Of a DNA stretch of 64,000 nucleotides, positions 56,641-64,000 are shown piece after piece. Within the stretch, counting starts at the first letter, position 1, and every line of letters begins with the position of its first letter. Below the pieces are notes generated by a model. That model saw only the letters and a program-made list of their open reading frames with translations. It was not told where the DNA came from and ran no database searches. The DNA comes from the human T2T-CHM13v2.0 reference genome, Homo sapiens, in NCBI RefSeq assembly GCF_009914755.1, contig NC_060947.1; one strand, given 5' to 3'. Position numbers and translations under genes: made by a program.

Positions 56641-58222
56641 ACTATAAGCTAGTATAAGGCCAACAGGTCATTTTTCTTGGGAATATGTAATGTTAATGAT
56701 GGTTACACTTATTCTTGTGGTGCCAGAAGCCCTTGAGCACCTTCCTCTGCATGTTGTGTTATCTATGCAAATAAAGAAGTTTGCAAGTGAATAAATTGCA
56801 TAAGTTCTTTTATAACTTCCCTCACAGAGCAGTTTACATTTGTTTAGGTCTATATAAAAAATATATGGAGGGGCAGAGGTACAGGCCCACTGGGGAATGT
56901 TGGTGTTGAACCAAGTTTAAGAATGAGCAATGTCACCATTAATCAGATCCACAGTATTGGGGCTGCCTTATATTGAGGTAGAAATAGTTTGAAAAAAAAT
57001 GAAGGAATTACTTATCTTTTCATTTAAAGATACATTTTAAATTCTCCAATCACTCATAAGAATACTCAGGTTTTGGTCCTTTAATTGGTTCTTTGCAACC
57101 TTTCCAAGGTTTTATTTGGGAATGTTGGATCCAACTTAAGATGCCAGGAACTTTGATAGCTATTGGGTTCTGTGAAAGGGGAGCAGATGAGTAGGTCATC
57201 TACATACTATAGAAGTTGTCCCCCTTCAAGAGATGTCATCATTAGGTTGAAGTTGTCCCCCTTCAAGACACATTGTTGTTAGATTTTTTTTTTTTTAACT
57301 AGGGCTTGTCTGAATAAGGGTGGGCTATCTCTAGAGTCCTGTAATAGAACAGTCAGCTTTCTCAGGAGAAATTTGGCTATTGGAGGAAAGATAAATTTGG
57401 AAGTTGAGTAAATATTAAGCAGGTACCAATTTTGGAAAGTATAGTCCTACTCAAAAGTGTCATGAGGCATTCTGACATTGCCAGGAGCAGGTGGGAGAAC
57501 AGTAATTGGTCCTATAAGCAATGTAATAGGGTTTGAATATTTTGAGGGAGAGGGTGATATTTGCCCCCATTTTCTGACAGGATTTGGAAAAAAAGCTGCC
57601 CAAAGAAAAAAGTCAGCACAAAGTACATGGCCCTTGTATTTAAAAGGAAATTTATAGTTCTACCTGCCACTTCCAGATCTGCCCCTGGCTCTACTCCTTT
57701 AATTATGATCTCTGATTTGGAAGCTGACTAGAGCAGAGGGCCCCTTTAGCTCAAGGCCATTATTGGATGGGGGTACAACCAGGAAGACATTTGGCTTCCT
57801 ATGTGGGGCTATGTGGGGTTTTTCCTCATTTTGGCAATTCTTTCTCCAGTGGCCCAGTCTTCTACAATAATGGCAATTACCTGGAAGAGTGTCCTTAGGG
57901 CACCCTGGAGGAAGCTGGTAGGATTGTAAGGCAGCCAACAGTTGAGCCTGCCTTTTGTGCTTGCATTTCTTTCTCTCCTCAGCCCTGACCTCTTCATCCT
58001 GATCTGGGTTATAGAAGACTGAGGCGACTAATTTGAGGATTTCTGGCATAGGGGCACTGGGTCCCAAGGCTGACTTCTGCAACTTTTCCTAATATTTGGG
58101 GTGGCTTGGGTAAATAAACGATCTTTTATGACTGCTTGTTCCTTCAGGGATTCTGGGTTTAAGTCGATGTACTTAATAAGGGTTTCCTGTGGCTTTATGA
58201 GAAAGGCTATAACATTTTCATT
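56641..58222 (-). pseudogene. Class I ERV (ERV1) internal remnant: gag C-terminus with zinc knuckle, then protease/pol and possible env scraps
   Basis: ORF 57699-58082 has SVFYNPDQ, QAQLLAAL and CHYCRRLGHWRKNC (CX2CX4HX4C); an MHR-like ENVIAFL lies at about 58200-58220. Confidence 0.85.
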
Positions 58223-59297
58223 TGTTCCTTCCTCTGGAAGCTTCCTCCCAGAGGGACACCTGCCAGATGCCAGCCAGAGCTATCCTGTATGAGGTGCCTG
58301 TCAGCCCCTACTGGGAGGTGTCTCCCAAACAGGAGACACGGGTGTCAGGCACCAACTTGAGGAGGCAGTCTGATACTTAGCAGAGCTCGAATGCTATGCT
58401 GGGAGATCTTCTGCTCTCTTCAGAGCTGTCAAGCAGGGACGTATAAGTCTGATGAAGCCACCCTTCCCCCCAGGTGCTCCGTCCCAGGGAGATGGGGGTT
58501 TTATCTATAAGCCCCTAACTGGGGCTGCTCCCTTTTTTTCAGAGATGCCCTGCCCAGAGAGGAGGAATCTAGAGAAGCAGTCTGGCCACAGCAGCCTTGC
58601 TGAGCTGCAGTGGGCTCTGCCTAGTTTGAACTTCCTGGAAGCTTTATTTACACTGTGAGGGTAAAACTACCTACTCAAGCCTCAGCAATGTCAGATGCCC
58701 CTTCTCCCACCAAGCCCGAGCATCCCAGGTCAACCTCAGACTGCTGTGCTGGCAGTGAGAATTTCAAGCCAGTGGATCTTAACTTGCTAGGCTCCATGGG
58801 GGGTGGGACCTGCCGAGCCAGACAACTTGGCTCCCTGGCTTCAGCACCCTTTCCAGAGGAGTGAATGGTTCTGTCTCGCTGGCATTCCAGGTGCCACTGG
58901 GGTATGAAAAAAAACTCCTGCAGCTAGCTCAGTGTGGCCACCCAGTTTTGTGCTTGAAACCCAAGGCCATGGTGGCGTAGGCACAGGAGGGAATCTTCTG
59001 GTCTGCAGGTTGTAAAGACCATGGTAAAAGCACAGTATCTGGGCCAGAATGCAGCGTTCCTCACAGGACAGTCCCTCATGGCTTCCCTTGGCTTGGAGAG
59101 GGAATTCCCAGGCCCTTTGCACTTCCTGGGTGAGGTAACACCCCAACCTGCTTTGGCTCACCTTCTGTGGGCTGCACCCACTGTTCAACCAGTCCCAGTG
59201 AGATGAACTGGGTACCTCTGTTGGAAATGAAGAAATCACTCACCTTCTCTGTCGATCTCTCTGGGAGCTGCAGACCAGAGCTCTTCCTATTTGGCCA
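58223..59297 (-). mobile_element. Inverted 5' UTR segment of the adjacent L1PA (about L1PA6-8)
   Basis: Antisense UTR from tgttccttcctctggaagc to the L1 start ...gagctcttcctatttggcca. Confidence 0.93.
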
Positions 59298-59521
59298 GCA
59301 ATCTTTGCTGTTCTGCACCCTCCTCTGGTGATACCTAGGCAAACAGGGTCTGTAGTGGACCTCCAGCAAATTCCAGCAGACCTGAGGCAGAGGAGCCTGA
59401 CTGTTAAAAGGAAAACCAACAAACAGAAAGAAATAGCATCAACAACAAAAAGGACGTCCACTTAGAGACCCCATCTGAAGGTCACCAACATCTAAGACCA
59501 AAGGTAGATAAATCTACGAAA

Positions 59522-60547
59522 ATGAGGAGAAACCAGTGAAAAAAGGCTTAAAATTCCCAAAACTAGAATGCCTCTTCTCCTCCAAAGGATTACAATTCCT
59601 CGCCAGCTAGGGCACAATACTGGACAGAGAATGCGTTTGACTAATTGACAGAGATAGGCTTCAGAAGGTGGGTAATAACAAACTCCTCCAAGCTAAAGGA
59701 GCATGTTCTAACCCAATGCAACATAGCTAAGAACCTTGAAAAAAGGTTAGACAAATTGCTAACCAGAATAAACAGTATTGAGAAGAACTTAAATGAACTG
59801 ATGGAGCTGAAAAACACAGCAAGAGAACTTCAGGAAGCATACACAAATATCAATAGCCAAATCAATCAAGCAGAAAAAAGGATATCAGAGATTGTAGATC
59901 AACTTAATGAAATAAAGTGGGAAGAAAAGATTAGGAAAAAAAAGAATGAAAAGGAAAGAACAAAGCCTCCAAGAAATATGGGACTATGTGAAAATACCAA
60001 ATCTACGTTTGTTTGGTGTCCTTGACAGTGACAGAGAGAATGGAACCAAGTTGGAAAACACTCTTCAGGATATTATCCAGGAAAACTTCCCCAACCTAGC
60101 AAGACAGGCCAACATTCAAATTCAGGAAATACAGAGAACACCACTAAGATACTCCTTGAGAAGAGCAACCCCAAGACACATAATCGTCAGATTCACCAAA
60201 GTTGAAGAGAAGGAAAAAATGTTAACAGCAGCCAGAGAGAAAGGTCGGGGTACCCACAAAGGGAAGCCCACCAGACTAAGAGTGTATCTGTCTGCAGAAA
60301 CCCTACAAGACAAAAGAGAGTGGGGGCCAATATTCAACATTCTTAAATAAAAGAATTTTCAACCCAGAATTTCATATCCAGCCAAACTAAGCTTCAAAGC
60401 AATGGAGAAATAAAATCCTTTACAGACAAACAAATGCTGAGAGATTTTGTCACCACCAGGACTGCCTTACAAGAGCTCCTGAAGGAAGCACTAAACATGG
60501 AAAGGAACAATTGATACCAACCACTGCAAAAACATACCAAATTGTAA
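59522..60547 (+). pseudogene. L1 ORF1 (disrupted)
   Basis: GFRRWVITN, QSLQEIWDYVK, ENFPNLARQANIQIQEIQRTP; premature stops and a frameshift. Confidence 0.93.
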
Positions 60548-60610
60548 AGACCATTGACACTATGAAGAAACTGCATAAGCTAACGGGCAAAATAACCTGC
60601 TAGCATCATA

Positions 60611-64000
<3,390 letters not shown>

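Overview
Eukaryotic, AT-rich, CpG-depleted DNA from a primate (most likely human or another ape, given the Alu, young L1PA, THE1, MER41 and MLT2A/HERV-L content). It is almost entirely layered transposable elements: LINE-1 copies of several ages, a two-LTR HERV-L provirus with an internal deletion, a second truncated HERV-L, a collapsed ERV1 internal fragment, about ten solo LTRs, four Alus, a Tigger1 remnant and several simple-repeat expansions. I see no intact host protein-coding gene or RNA gene, and the recognisable ORFs are decayed TE fragments or microsatellite artefacts. I did not find a convincing new biological system. The best leads are TE-borne regulatory motifs (a MER41 LTR with both tandem GAS/STAT motifs intact; five LTR-borne DUX4-type motifs in about 16 kb) and rearrangement scars (a near-full-length L1 with its 5' UTR inverted next to ERV gag; a 169-bp local duplication ending in a fold-back; an Alu-tail-derived 770-bp repeat). 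Subfamily names come from my recollection of consensus sequences and need RepeatMasker/Dfam confirmation.
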